Notes: generated from the letters alone by a model not told the origin. A stretch of DNA of 64,000 bases from Paraspadella gotoi (GCA_051294375.1 CM119263.1:13780414-13844413); one strand, 5' to 3'; counted from the first letter of the stretch, positions 43,601 to 59,110 are shown. Made by a program: numbers and translations.

Positions 43601-44537
43601 ATCTTCAACCTTCTAAATTTACTCCGTTTGAACGCCAAAAGGTTAACTTGCGAATAGTGTTCTCCATTTCAGAAAGACGAAGATTGACGTGCAATTTCAA
43701 AATCGTCCTGACCTCGACGCCACGAGTTTGACCCGCGAGAATGGAGGCGTCGTAGTCGTCGTACGTTGATGGACGTAAGCGATGGTCGTCGTGGCCGTCG
43801 TCACCGTCCTCATCTTTTTGTTTATTTTTGCCGACGCTGTTTGCTAGTTGATTCCGGCTCGTAAGATGGTTTGATTAAAAAAAATATTGATTGATGTTAC
43901 AATCATTCCCATTCTACTTATTTGCGTTTCTCAATTTTAAATGAGATCTTTTAAACCACGTTACGGCACGCCACGCCTCCAAGTCTGGACAAAGAACCAC
44001 GCTATACTACCTCGAGAGCCAAAGGTTGACGAGTTGCCACGACAGACACCGACGTTTCACCCTTCGCTCGCGAACCGAAGGCGGCGATCGATAATCGACC
44101 GAGAATCGAAACGATAAAGATGTCGCGACCTCAATCGAGGCGGTGAATGTTGACAAATGAGTCATAAGAGGCGAGAAAAACGTCGGAATCGGAGGCGAGA
44201 TTTTGAAAGCCGGCCGACGCCTTGACAAATTTTGTTTAGAGAGATCCAAATAATTTTCGAAACTCTCTCTCGTCTTGCTCTCTCAGTATCCTGCATTCTG
44301 CTTCTTCTCTCTCTTGCTCTCCTCTGTTTCTCTCTCTTCCTCTCATCTCCCTGCTTCGTCTCTCCTTCTCTCTCGGATCTTTCTCTAATCGGTCATATCA
44401 TCTCTCTCTCTCTCGTCCTCCATCTCTCTCTATCATTTCTCCCTCTCTTCCCGCCTCTCTCATCTCTCTCCTCTCAGCTTCCTCTCCCTCTCCTCTCATC
44501 CTCTTCTCTCTTCTCTCTCTCTCTCTCTCTCTCTTTC

Positions 44538-44586
<49 letters not shown>

Positions 44587-44848
44587 CCTTTCCCACCCTT
44601 TTCAATAGTTTTCCTTTTTTGCTCTTTGCTAGACAGTATAATCCCTTCGTCTTTGTCTTCGTTTCCTCCCTGTCTTCTCCCGTCAATTCCTCCCTAATTT
44701 CTTCCTTCACTTCCTCCTCTCCTCGCCCGCTGGCTGGCGAGCCCAGCGGAGGGTCAACGAAGATGAAGATTCGTCTCGCGGACTCGCGGATTCATCACAC
44801 TTCCACANNNNNNNNNNNNNNNNNNNNNNNNNAAGAGAGAGAGATTTA

Positions 44849-45237
44849 AAGCCGTTTAAGATGATAAGAGACATCGAATACGAATTATCAACTTGGCAAC
44901 AAATATGAAATTTGAAATTTTTCATTGAATTGTCAAAAATTAGGAGTTTGAAATTTACTTTACTTTGCGTTTTCAGTTTTATTATCTATCTTTATCTTTT
45001 TCAGTTGTCTTTAAAAATTAATAAAAAATAAATTCAGATCTCGTATGAAATTCGAATTCGGTTTGGATTTAGCTGTTGCACGCGCAAGACCCGAGACGAT
45101 TTCTTTCACTTGTTTGAAGAGAGAGAGAGAGAGCGATGAGGGAGAGAGCGAGTGATTGGTGAAAGACGGACGATTTTTGGGTCGCCAATAGAGCAAAAGT
45201 CAGAGAATACGAGAGAAAAGGAGAAAGGGAGAGGGAG

Positions 45238-45268
<31 letters not shown>

Positions 45269-48200
45269 CAGAGAGAGAAGAGAGAGAAGAGAGAGAGAGA
45301 GAGAGAGACAGAGAAAAGAGAGAGAGAGGAGCAGAGAGGAAAGAGAGAAACTAAATATAAATGTGGGGTTGAAATGCATTAGGGTTTCCTTGGTCTCGAG
45401 AGTAGAGAGAGAGAGAATAACTCTCTGCTCAGTGGCAAGGTAACCACAAAAACTTAGAACTTGTGCAAACAAATTGGCAACAAATTCCCTGCGAGCTTTG
45501 AGCAAACAGCACAGCGAAAAAGTAAACAAAGCAAAAAGTCATTAACTGTATTTTTGATAAACGGGTCTCATGAGTTAAAATTTTATAAAGATTTTATTGC
45601 CGACTTCAATCTTACAGGGCGTAAAAAATATGCAACATGAGAGAGAGAAGAGAGAGAGTAGAGAGAGAGAGAGAGAGAGAGAGTGAGAGTGAGAGAGACG
45701 AGCGAGATAGCTTCGAAAAGTAGGAGATAACTTTTCACGTTAAACTAATCAAACAAGACCTAACCTCAACTGAGGGGAGGAGATGAGAGAAAAAAGAAAA
45801 ATGCTAAGGGGGAAAAAATCACCGGTTCGAGGAGGCGAGAGGATTTAAGAAGGAGGAGGAGGAGGAGAAGGAGAAAAGAAAGGACGAAGGGATCGGAGTT
45901 ATAGATCGTTGCAGGAGGGCGGAGCGGGCTCTGGCCCTCATCTCCGCCCCGGTTGAAAGATGATAGAGGCTTTTTTTGTTTTTCTTCTCCTCGACTCGAA
46001 TAATAGAGGCGAAGCAGGGAGGAAAGAAAAAAAAATGGAGGACAAAGTGATATGAGGAGCGCGTAAAAACGAAAAAAAATATTCGCTGCTAAGAACCAAG
46101 AAAAATTAAATAATAGCTTAAAACAATCAGAATATCTTGTTTAAAAAACTAATAGACATGCTTCATATAGAGTGTGATATCGTGATTAAATGTTCATTTT
46201 GTTAAGTTTTATGAACTTATTTTTAACACCAATATATGTAATTAAATTATCCTTCATTTAAAGATAAGCTGTCTTCAATTACAGTTTACCAATGCCCTTT
46301 AACGTAAAAATCCACTTGTCGACCTAAACTCTTGGGCTTCGACCATATCAAAATTCACGGGGCGCGCAACTTCGAAAGATACGGCATACGCCGAACACGC
46401 CCTTGTCACCTGCTGCCGCCTTCCGTCCGATCCACCTAGCACGGGTCGGCACGGAGGAAAAGTCATGAGAGGATCAAGATTCGCCGAAAGAAGAGTTGTT
46501 TACCATGTCCAGGCGACCGCGGGGCGGGTCAGCTAGGTTTCAAAAGCCGCCGTATATATATATATATATATAAGGATGACAACGACGAAAAAAAGGCAAC
46601 CGGCAGAACATTATGTACAGGAATCGGAGCGAGAAAGCGAGGAGACACATGGACGCACGAAACCGCACCCCTAACAATTAAAGAGCAACGAAACAACGAA
46701 AAAGGACGAACACGACGTTGAAAGAGCAGAGCTGACACACAAAAAGGGCGTGGCTTTTTAGGGGGGAGGGGAGTTAAAGAGGGAAGAAAGAGACAAAATT
46801 GATTATCTTCCGTCGTCACAATTCCTTGGAAAAAAAAATAACCGCATTCAGACAGCGTTTCCGGTTTGTTTCACCTGCCTTTTTTTTTCACTCCTTTCTT
46901 GGCTTCTTGACGATTTTAGCAGATATATTTTTACTCTACTGTATCTCTTTTTCATCTAATCTGTCTCTGTCTCTCTGCCCCTCTCTCTCTCTCCTCTCTC
47001 TTTCTCTCTCATCCTTCCACTCTCTCTCTCATCTCTCTCTCTCTCCAATCTTCTCTCTCTAATCTGCGTCGGATTAGTCAATCTCTCTAACTGCTCCTCA
47101 TCGTGCTTCGATCGATCCTCTCTGTTTAAAAGCTTGCGCTCAATCAGGGAGCGGAGAGTAAATGTTGCGAAAAACAGAGACAGAGACAGAAAAAGAGAGA
47201 CAGAGAGAAAAATATCTGTAAAATCGTCAAGAAGCCAAGAAGGGAGTAAAAAAAAAGGAGGAAAACCGAAAGCGTCGATGGTTATTTTTTTTTCCAAGTG
47301 ACGACGGAAAATCAATTTGGTCTCTTTCCTTTAACTCCCCCCCCCAAAAAGCCACGCCCTTTGGGTCAGCTCTCTCTTCAACGTCGTCGTCGTCCTTTTC
47401 GTTTTTCGTTGCTCTTAATTGTTCTCGGGTTGCGGTTTTCGTCGTCGATGTCGTCGTCGCCGAGACTCTAATTGTTCTCCGGTCCTTTTTTTTTCGTCGT
47501 TGTCATCGTCGTCCGCGGCTTTGACCTCTGACCCGCCCGCGTCGCTGGACAGGTAACAACTTCCTCGCGATCTTGACCTCATTGACTTTTCCGGTGACCC
47601 CGTGGAGGGAGGCGAAGGCGGAGCAGGGAAAGGGCGTGTCGCGTATCGCGTTCGACTTCGAGTTCGAGTTCGCGCGTGAATTTTGAGGTCGAACACAGAT
47701 TTAGGTCGACAAGTGGATTTTTACGTTAAGCATGGTAAACTGTAAATTGAAGACAGCTTATCTATTAAATGAAAGGATAATTTATATTATATATATTGGT
47801 TAAAATAATTTCATAAAACGTAAAATGAACATAATAATAAATCTAATGAAGCATTCTTTTGTTTTTAAACAAGATATTCTGAGTGTTTTAAGCTATTATT
47901 TATTTTTCTTGGTTTCTTACAGCGAATATTTTTTTTTATTTTTCAGTTTTCCACCCATCCTCTATTTACTTTTTTTTCTTTTACGCCTCCTCATATCACT
48001 TTTCCTCCATTTTTTTTTTCCTCCCTGCTCGCCTCATTATTCAGTCGAGGAGAAAAACAAAAAAAAGTATCATCTTTCAACTGGGGCGGAGATGAGGCCA
48101 GAGCCGCTCCGCCCTCCGCAACATCTTAACTCCGATCCCTTCTCCTCTCCTCCTTCTTCTTTTCCTCCTCCTCCTCCTCCTCCTCCTCATAATCCTCTCG

Positions 48201-48341
48201 CCTCCTCGAACCGTGATTTTTTCCCCCTGGCATTTTTTTTTCTCTCATCTCCTCCCTCAGTTGAGTTAGTCTTTTGTTTTTGATTAGTTTAACGTGAAAA
48301 GTTATCTCCTCTTTTCAAGTCTCTCTCTCTCTCTCTCACTC

Positions 48342-48387
<46 letters not shown>

Positions 48388-48742
48388 GCATATTTTTACG
48401 CCGTAAATTGAAGGTGGAAAAATCTTTATAAAATTTTAACTCATGAGACCGTTTATCAAAAACAGTTAATGACTTTTTGCTTTGTTTACTTTTTCGCTTC
48501 GCTGTTTGCTCAAAGCTTCGCAGGCAGATTTGTTGCAGATTTGTTGCACAAGTTCTAAGTTTTTGTGGTACCTTGCCACTGAGCAGAGGGTTATTCTCTC
48601 TCTCTCTACTCTCGAGACCAAGGAAACCCTAATGCATTTCAACCCCACATTTATATTTAGTTTCTCTCTTTCCTCTCTGCTCCTCTCTCTCTCTTTTCTC
48701 TGTCTCTCTCTCTCTCTCTCTCTTCTCTCTCTTCTCTCTCTG

Positions 48743-48773
<31 letters not shown>

Positions 48774-49154
48774 CTCCCTCTCCCTTTCTCCTTTTCTCTC
48801 GTATTCTCTGACTTTTGCTCTATTGGCGACCCAAAAATCGTCCGTCTTTCACCAATCACTCGCTCTCTCCCCTCTCGCTCTCTCTCTCTCTTCAACAAGT
48901 GAAAGAAATCGTCTCGGGTCGTTGCCGTGGCAACAGCTAAATCCCAAACCGAATTCGAATTTCATACGAGATCTGAATTTATTTTTTATTTATTTTTTAA
49001 AGACAACGAAAAGATAAAGATAGATAATAAAAATAATGAAACGCAAAGTAGTAAATTCAAACTTCCTAATTGACAACAATGAAAAATTTAAATTTTCATA
49101 TGTTGCCAAGTGATAATTTCGTTATTCGATGTCTCTTATCATCTTAAACGGCTT
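44849..49154. repeat. Large imperfect inverted repeat (arms ~44849-46974 and ~47176-49154)
   Basis: Reverse-complement match runs from AAGCCGTTTAAGAT (44849) / ATCTTAAACGGCTT (49141-49154) inward to CTGTCTCTGTCTCT / AGAGACAGAGACAG. The ORF track shows mirrored ORFs (45200-45529 vs 48482-48811). Confidence 0.9.
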
Positions 49155-49487
49155 ATGCATTTTAATCAACGCCACTGCGAGAACAAATTTTCCATTGTGA
49201 GCGCCAAATTTATAATTTCACTTGGTTAAATTCCTTTTTTTTGGGGGGGGGGAGGGTCGATTCCTGCATCAAATTCGGCCTCAACATAGTCCTTCGGGAC
49301 AATGAAAATGGCGCGATGATGTAACCAACGACCCCGACCAAAAGAGGTGCCCGTATGTAATCGGCGAAGCATCGCGACCACCCGAATAAAATCGACGACA
49401 TAGAAATAAACCGATTTCCTCAGAGATTTCGACTGCCCTGTGGAACCCGGCAGTCATCCGAAAGAATGGCTTCACACGGCACATCAA

Positions 49488-49535
<48 letters not shown>

Positions 49536-49559
49536 GTCTCTCTCTCTCTCGTCTCATCT

Positions 49560-49600
<41 letters not shown>

Positions 49601-49778
49601 TTCTCTCTCTCTCTGAGTCGACGCCGCAACAAAAATTATGCATGTTTTCGTACTCGGAAAATTTTGTGATCTATCCGTGGAAGTTCAAACAAAATCTCAA
49701 TCTCAACAAATTATTTTGTCTATTTAGACATTAATATTTTCTAATACTTGAAGAGAGAGAGGAATGAGAGAGAGAGAG

Positions 49779-49845
<67 letters not shown>

Positions 49846-52800
49846 ACAACGATGTTCCACTTAACAATAGGTAGTGGCAGTTAGTTGCGCGAAAGAAGAA
49901 TGTTTTGCGTAAATGACGCGGGACTTGGATTCACACACTATTTATTCCGGACTTCAATTCCAAAGGTGTAACGGTTGAATTTTCGGTCGCGGTTCAAAAC
50001 CAACCTTGCTTGCTTTTTCGAAAGAGAAAAAAACAAAGCACTAGAACTCGTTTCAGGGAAAAAACGATTCGAAGGCGTAAAAGACGGATCCGGAACGAAT
50101 GTGACTGCCGTTGTATAAAAAAATAGGGAGCGAAAAATGATAAAATTAAAGAAATCAGTAATATACAAACAGATCATACCGCAGGAGCCAAATTCTCTCT
50201 CACAACAAGTCCCTCGTTCGTCTAAAGCTACGTTTCGTTATTAGCTCACAGCTACTTGCTTTTTGTCTCTCCTGTCACCTCTGGCTGGGTCTGCGCCGGG
50301 GGGTTATTCCTCATGTTTCCCTTTTGTTTCGACAAGCTATTAAAGACGCTGGCCAGAGTCGATCGCGCGCGCTGGGCCGAGATTCGGGACACGCAGAGGC
50401 CAAGACGCTCGCGGATGCGAACAGAGTCTCCGGCCGTTAAGGACAATAGTCTAACCCGCACCCGGACAGAAGTCAAGGTTCGAATCACTTCTCGACCAAA
50501 AACCGAGAGTTTCTTTCTTTTTTTTTGAAACATTTTTTTCTGGATTGAATTCATGGGAAAAATGAAAGACTGTTGTATTGTGAAGTGCAGATGCAAGGAT
50601 TAGGAGTGGAAAACAAGAGAGAGAGGAGAGGAGAGAGAGAGAAGGAGAGAGAGAAGAGACGAGAGAGAGAGACTGAGAGAGAGAAGAGAGAGATCGAAGA
50701 GAGAGAGATGAGAGGAGAGAGAGAGAAGAGACGAAGAAGGAATGCCTAAAAAATAAAATCTGGGAGCTGGGCAACAAAGACAAGAGGTAGAAATAGGAGG
50801 GAGAGTGAAAGATAACGTGATGATGAAATAAAATGAGAAATGGTTGTTGGGAGAAGAACAACGTTAAATTTAGTTTTGAAGGAGCAGAGATCCCGAAACA
50901 GGAAGGAGTTAGAAAAAAGAGGAAGAGGGAGAGAAAAAAGGAGAGGAAGGAGGGGAGGAAAAAAGGAGAGGACCAGAGAGAGATAAAAAGAGGAAGAGGA
51001 GAGAAAGGAGAGGAAAGGCAGGGGAGGAAAAAAGGAGACGGATAAGGGGAGGAAAAAAGGGAGAGAAGAGGGGTAGGNNNNNNNNNNNNNNNNNNNNNNN
51101 NNNNNNNNNNNNNNNNNNNNNNNNNNNNNNNNNNNNAAAAAAGGAGAGGAAGGAGGGGAGGAAAAAAAGCAGGGAGAATCTCGTCCGCGCCAAAGGCTAA
51201 TGATGCGAATCGTTGGGAGCGACTCTTAGGGTCAGGAAGACTCGGCGGCGCGGGAGGGGAAGAAGTGAATGAGGGAGGGAGAGAGGAAGGAGGGTAGAAA
51301 ATCTTTGCGTTTGGGGTCAGATCAAGAGAGAGAGAGAGAGTGTGTGTGTAAGAGAGGGAGGGAGACTGGAAGTGGGGGAAAAAAAACTTTTTTTTTTCTC
51401 GCCAGAATGAGAAAATAGTCGGGAATGAGCGGTACCGCTTAGGAGGCGGTTCGACGCCGCCGGAGGTCGCCGATTCCGCAACTTAGCCGACGCCACTACG
51501 TAAACCGCCCCGCCTGCTGCAGCGAATGCCGCTGCGGCCGAACAACCGGACGGTCAAGGTTCCCCCGGCGTCGCGAACGTCATTAAGAAGGGCTTTGGAA
51601 ATTTTTAGTCCCTTTTATGGCGCGATTTCGGAGCGATTTCGAGGCGATTTCCTCACGATTTTGATCCATTTTTGAGGTCGTTTACGTCGGAATTACCGTT
51701 TTATAATTTGAACTGAGTTTTAAAGAATACAACTACCGAGAAAATGAAAGATGAATTAAGAACTTGTAATAATTTTTTTAAAAGTAGCGATTTAAATATT
51801 AATTCCTTTACAAAATTGCACTGTAACGAAATAAAAACACTTATGATAATGTATGAAATCTTTGTTAAAATAACTTCCTAGTAGTAGAATAAAGCATTTT
51901 TAGAGACATATTTTTTAATACTTACCATATCTTACCCGATATTTTTGTGAGTTCACGCCTCTTCTTCCTTTTTCTTAACCGTCCTCACTCATCAGTCTTC
52001 GTCTTCTCCCCATTTTTCCTTCTCTTCTTCTTCCTCTTCTTCTTCCTCTTCCTCAAATGTTCATCTTTTTCTTCCCCGCGGCGGCGTCTCTTAGAAAGAC
52101 GCGAGAGACGAAACCGAAATTAATTCGCGCCAACTTTCTTTTTTTTCACGGGACTTTTCAATTTGCGCTGACGTGAAAAATATTAAATATACATGGTTCT
52201 CTTCTAAATATCTAGTATGTTTGGGAGGAAGATATTACTGTTGTCTTTTCGACGTATAATATAAATACTGTAGATTTTAGTATAAATTCTTATTATATAT
52301 TTTTAGTAATATGGTTAAAAAAAATTAAAATAGAGGAAAAAAGGTTGGGAAAGCATTCTACGCGAACTGGCTAAGCGTAAGGGTGATTACGAAAGTAAGG
52401 GTACCCATTTCAGTCTCTAATTAACGGGAAGTCAGGTCGGGGGCGAGCAGCCGATCTGACCGAAAGTTGCTCTTCCTGCGAAGATCGTTAAAAATACAGT
52501 ATGTTTAATCAAAGATTCGGATTTATTATACGACATTTTAACATTGTTCTCATCATACTAATTATTTTATTTAGTATTGACTATCGAGTAAAGATAGAAA
52601 ATTCCAAGTGTTATATTTTTAACATTGGCTGCTATTTAACTTAACAAGTCCCGGCCAGCGCAGATCCGCAGATCCGCAGCGCCAGACAACGCCGGCTTAA
52701 AGCGCCGGGCGGCAGTAGCGCCATCCGCGGCGAGAGAAAATTGCGCGTGGGACGCGCGTGAAAAATTCCCTCAAAATGAAGGGCAAGAGGGCGATCGAGT

Positions 52801-53799
52801 CGGGGCGAGCAGCGATTTGTCGAACGGCGATTGCCGAGTAGCGGTGAAAGAGCGGCGATAAGTTAGTAAATAATGACAGGAAAGTAAAGTCAATTAAGCT
52901 GTTCCAATTATTATTGAAAATATTCAATCATTCATGACATGCTGAAAAAAGCGCGGCGAACGAAACGCGGCGAAGGAAACTCGGCGAACTAAACTCGGCG
53001 AAGGGTCGACTCGCTGCTCCAGAGGAGGTCGGCGAAATTGATAGAAGGGGAAAGAGATTGAAGGCAGAAATAAAAAAGGAAGCGAGTGGGAGGAAAGAAA
53101 AAAAAACTGGAAAATAACGGCGCAGAAACTAGTAGCGCTGCAAAGTCATAAAGAAACGCGTGGTGCGGCCAATATTAAGTACTTTTACACTTAATGGCTC
53201 GGAAAAAACAATTGCCAGATGAAAATGAAGAAAGAAATGTATATTATTAAAGTTTGTTTTTTTTGAGAGGGGGCTGAGGGGGACGTCTTGAGGCGACTGA
53301 GGCGTCCATGAAATTTCGAGGACGAGATTTCGACCCGAGTTATTCAATTTTAATTAATGCAGCTTCGTTAACCGTAGGGAATAAGGTGCTGAGGGGGGGG
53401 TTTGAATCTGACTCCTTACTCCCCCTCCCCTTATTTTCATATTCAGCCACATAAAATTCCCTAGTCGACGTTTTGGAATCTTCTCCGACCGAGCGTCCAT
53501 TCGTCCGACTGTCCGTCCGTCCGAGGCTCCGTCTTCGTCGACGGCGTTGCCACGGAGACAAGAAGAAGCGTTTTGCGTCTCTATTTCCAAGTTCAGAGGT
53601 CGAACTCGTCAAAATTTGGGTCTCGGTCCATCAGATTTGGTCAATGAAGCGTCGATAGCCTCAACACCCCCGCGCCGTCTCTCGCTTTAACCCCTCAACC
53701 CCTTCCTCGCCCCCTCCGCCCCACAAACACCCTGCGGTTCGTTGGGCCGATCAAGAAAAAACGCCGGCTCGCGGCCTGCTCTCTCTCTCTCTCTCTCTC

Positions 53800-53834
<35 letters not shown>

Positions 53835-54788
53835 CGCTCTTCTCTTCTCTTCCTCCCCCTCTCTTCCTCTCTGCTCTCTGTTGCGGCGCGTTTTCGCGCG
53901 GCTGGACGCCATCGACGGCTGCGCGCGCAGTCAAGAGAAATAATGTTGTTTTGAAATCGATGCCACGTTCGGTGGAGGGTGGAATCCAGCGAAATGAATG
54001 GGATGTGGGATGGAAGGGGAAGAAGAGAAGTTTTTGGATGAGGGTGGATAAATCTGAATTCAGTTCGCCTCTGATTTACCATTTTACTATTAGTTATTTT
54101 TAATTTCTTCATTCGTCTTCTTTTTTTTTCCTATCAACTCAAGTCTTTTACTATCATTACTACTCGTTATGCTCTTTTGCTTAATGTCTTCATTGGTCTT
54201 TTGTAATTGTTCTCACCGCTGTCTTTCTCCCCATTTTTTTTCAACCTCCGTAGAAAAAAATGTCGGAAATGCTTTTTTTCCCAACAGCGAGAATCCGTGT
54301 TTGACCTTTGGGGTCAACCACGGGGTCAGACCATCGGACCGTCTCGCGGTGACCACTAAAATGGAAATCATCTGCCACAATTTTCGTCATATTTTCGGCG
54401 CGTCGACGCTCAATCATTGCAGCATCATCGTCACCTTTTTCCCGCATCTTCTTCGCATCTTTGCCCTAATTCCCTCATTCCCCAATCTCGACGCTATTTA
54501 TACGGTATTGTACCTTAGTTAATTAAATGTACATGTTATCTTATATATATATATATTTATATATATGTATATATATATATGTTCGCTATACAGTATACAT
54601 ACGTGTGCAAAAGAATGTTTTATATTCCAAACATTTTCCCAAAAAATTTGAAAAATTCCTCATGAAATATTCTTTACCCAATTTGTGCCAAAAAAATAAA
54701 TTCCCAAATCGGAATTATTATTCTCCGGTGGACCGGATTTTTATCTTTTTATTCTCTCGCCGTTGGCCGAATAACCGAGAGTCCCCCG

Positions 54789-54903
<115 letters not shown>

Positions 54904-56749
54904 GAATCAGAGAGAAAAAGTGGTAAAAGTTAATGTTGCGGCATGAACCGAAGTTTGCTGTAGGCTGAGAGCGAACCGCATTTTTTATATCTTTTTTCGC
55001 TTTTTCGGACATTAAGTTCATGGGTTCTTCTTAGTTTTGTTTTCTTATTCGATATTTCGGTCTTCGTCGTCGTAGTCGTTGTCGTCGTCCTCGTTGCTTT
55101 CGTTGTCCGAAACATAAAACTTCAACATCTCCCTCGTGATGTTTCCCTAAGTCGTCGTTTTCCTCGAATTAGTCCCAAATAAAAATATCGAGCAAAAATA
55201 ATCGTGCCCTCCCATCGGCCGGCCCCCCCCACGCCACTTCCGCCGTTACCGACTCCACTGCCATCTCTTACGCATCGCAGAGCAAACCCCCTCACCCAGA
55301 GCAGCCACCGGCCACCGCCATCCCCAACGTCGCTTACTCCGCCGCACCAACTTGGACTTTTTATTATTTTTTTGGCGAGCGCCATCTCACGCGCTTTCGC
55401 TTGCCAAGACCAATATTATGGCGCAATGACGCTTCGAGCCCCACGGGACGGGCGAACTCGGTCCGCGCGGAGCGGGCAGGGAGCGGGCTGAGAAGGATGA
55501 GCGGGAGAGGGCTGGGAAGGGAGAAAAAGAAAGGGTGATGCTGTGAAATCAATTCATGGGTGCGAAATCAGGGAGACCGTGAAATTTAGAGAAGGGTGAA
55601 TTAGCGGCGTGAAGGAGGCGGGGGAGAGGGGAGGGACGCAGAGTCCGGCAAGAGGTGAGGGTCAAGGCACGCTCGGAATTGCAAAAATTAGGGGGTCAAC
55701 AGACTCAACACCCATAGACGAGATCTCTTGTTGCAGAATAAAAAGAAAGAAGAAAACAAAAATGTTCAATTAAGTAAAAGATAGAGAGCGAAACAAAAGC
55801 ATGAGACAAATCGAGGAAATAAAATCTTATGTCTTAAAGCAAGAAAAGCTAAAAAAAAAAAGCTCCGGTCTCGTTTCGGACAACGAATTAAAAAATAGAT
55901 TCGCTTCGACCATGAAGAAAAAACGAGCCGCACCATACGAGAAGAGATCGAAAGCCAGAAATAGTGTGATGCCCTAAATGCCGCATCTGCCCACGCTTAA
56001 AGACGAGGAAGCCTCGGAAGGAAAGAGGAAATAGAAAGAAGGCCCGTGGCAGGAAAGGGGCCAAGGCCCGGGATAGAGGCCATCTTGTATGAGAATACAT
56101 CCTGAACTGAAGATATAAAATCTGTTGATTTGAAATCAGGCAATGAGATAAAAAATCGTCCAGCTAATTTGGCACAAAGTGAAAAAAAATCAAATATTGA
56201 TAATATTTTTTTGGTTGTTCTAATGTAGAAGTAATGGCTTTCCCCCCCCCCAAGAAAAAAATTTTTCAAAGATAAAAAATTTGCACTCACAATCACAATT
56301 GTCAAATTCCAGAAAAGGAACGAGGCAGCTTCTCGTTGCGGGATGCTTGGGCAGAGGCCTCGTTAAAACCGTGTTTGGGCAGAGGCTTCGTTGAGACCGC
56401 GTTATTAATTCGGTAAAAGAAAAAAAAAACTCGAACCCATCAAGAATTGACCGAAAAAGTTGGTGAGGGAGTCATAACGATGAATGGAGAATCATCTTCC
56501 AAATCTCGGGAGACTTTTTCTTCTTTTTTTCTTTCTTGGCCGAGCCAACTTCTCCCTTCGCTTTCCTAATTTTATTTCCCTCTTTATTCTTCTCCTCTCC
56601 CTATTCTCCCCTCTACCTTTATCTCCTTCTCAAATTTGTCCTATCTTAACTCTTTCTATGTCTAACCTTGTCTTCTTCTCTCTTAGATTTATTTTTTGTT
56701 CTTCTTTGTACCGCAACTTCTAGTTACGTGTTGTATACAACTATTATAT

Positions 56750-56839
<90 letters not shown>

Positions 56840-58179
56840 CCAACCCCTCTCTCTCTCTCTCTCCAACCTTCCCTCCCCTCATCCTAACCCCACTAGCCCA
56901 GTTTAGCGAATCAAGAGTCCATCCTAATGCGAAACAAATCATCTCCCGAAAAAAACTACATCATCGTGATGACATCGCGTGATGACAAAATAGTCATTAA
57001 ACCAATTTTTTTAGGCCCCGAGGACGAGGAAAAGGAGGGGGGGGGCGCAGGCGAAAGAAGCGAGCGGAAATTCGGTTATATAACTTTCCACGGACAAAAA
57101 AGAAACTCGGTTGTTTCCCCCAGAAAAGTGACCTATTTGGACATTAGCGAAAACGAGGCGTGTCTCGTTTCCTTCCGAAACGAAGTCAAATTCCGAAAAA
57201 CAGTTATTATTATTTTTTTTCCTGACCATTTTTGTCATTAACTCGGCTTTATTGTCATTAAGTTGGTGCCTTTGTCGTTAACGCGCGACTGACTTTGCGT
57301 AGAATTCTTCTTTTAAAAAGATACATGTGTCGAATTTAATTATTTCTAATTTGCTGTTTGTTTACATATCGCGTTTTCCCTTAACAATCGCTCTTCTTTG
57401 ACGTAACGAACCCCTGCAGCGGAAGTGAACGCGCGCCATTCGTTTAACCCGCCTCGTTATCGCGCGCAGTCTCGCACGCACTGGTGCACGCTTGCGCGCA
57501 CGCTAAACAAAATACCCTCTCGCCTCAAACCTTATTTGCGATCGAGGTCGCCACGGGGGCAAAAGGCAACCGCGAGTTCCTCCCATCCTCACCCGTCTCT
57601 ATCTCGGCCATCGCCCCGTCTCCCCGCCAATCCCATGACCCTACCCATTCTGAAACACTCGCTCCGTCCATGTTTACTCGGTGGGGCGTCGGCAGCCCTT
57701 CGACCCTGGCCTCGCGATCCCGTAGTATCCAGTCCCGATCGCCTCAATTATCCTTTAACCCTACGTCGATTTATCGATCCAACGATGACCGGTCGTTTGA
57801 CCTACGAGCACCTTCGCTCTTCTTTATCAACAAATCCTCTTTGACTTTTCATGGGTTCAATACATTATGAAATCTTACTCGAGTTATTCAAAAACATAAC
57901 TATTTCTACTTTACTATAAATCGAATATTAAACTTAAAGTGTCCGAGCATTTTTGCGCACGACGGTCCACTCCACGAACATCATCCTCTTCTCACCATCA
58001 CCGGCCTTGCTGCTTATGGTTCACCGATCTCCCACTCCACGCCACGTCGCCACCCCTCTCTCGGAAACGCCTCCCCCAATCCCCATGGCAACGCCGACCA
58101 GTAATGACTTTGCGTTATGCCCCTTGTTAGTTGGCGCCGCGCCACGGGCCACTCCCCTTCGGTTGCCGAGGGATTCTTT

Positions 58180-58213
<34 letters not shown>

Positions 58214-58233
58214 CTTCTCTCTCTCTTCTCTCT

Positions 58234-58264
<31 letters not shown>

Positions 58265-58765
58265 AAAATAGCGAAACACAAAATGGACCAAAAAAAAGAT
58301 TTTGGAAATTTACGTAAAGCATGGTTTAGATAATATTCAGTAAATATATACACTCTACTGAATAATAAGTCCTAACTACCTTGAATAAGTTTGATCGACT
58401 CGACTATAGTCTACATAATTGAATTTTTCAACACTTGTCAAATTTTTATCTTCTAACATTTTTATTCCGCAGCATTCGTGGTGCCCCTACATGTATTTTT
58501 GACAGTTTTTTTCCCGAATAACCGCATAACTATTTATTACTCTCTTGAAACCCGGAACTTTGGCCTGTCCAGCCTCGTTAGGGATTTTCGTATTTTATGT
58601 CTCTCCTCTTCTCGGCGCCGATGAAGCCAATTTTCCGTTTTGTTTATTTGGAGTGGCGCCGCGAACGTCACTGGCGGGCCGCCGAAAAAGAAAGAAAACT
58701 CTTGAGGGCGCCACAGGGGCGACGGAGGAGTGGCGCCCGCCCCTGGTCAAGCCAGAGTCAATTAG

Positions 58766-58839
<74 letters not shown>

Positions 58840-59056
58840 GATTTTAGCGGAAAGACAGCACACTCAATGATTCACTCGCTAATTGATTACGTAAACATTA
58901 TCACCCGCACAAAATCTATTACAGCTTCATAGAAGATAAACCAAAGAGCAATATGATTTCATATAGAACTTTAAACGAAATAAATAAATAAATAAATAAA
59001 TGAATATATATAAATAAAAAAATTGAAAAAAGGAAAAAATTAATAGAAAACGAAAC

Positions 59057-59099
<43 letters not shown>

Positions 59100-59110
59100 A
59101 AAGAAAGAAA

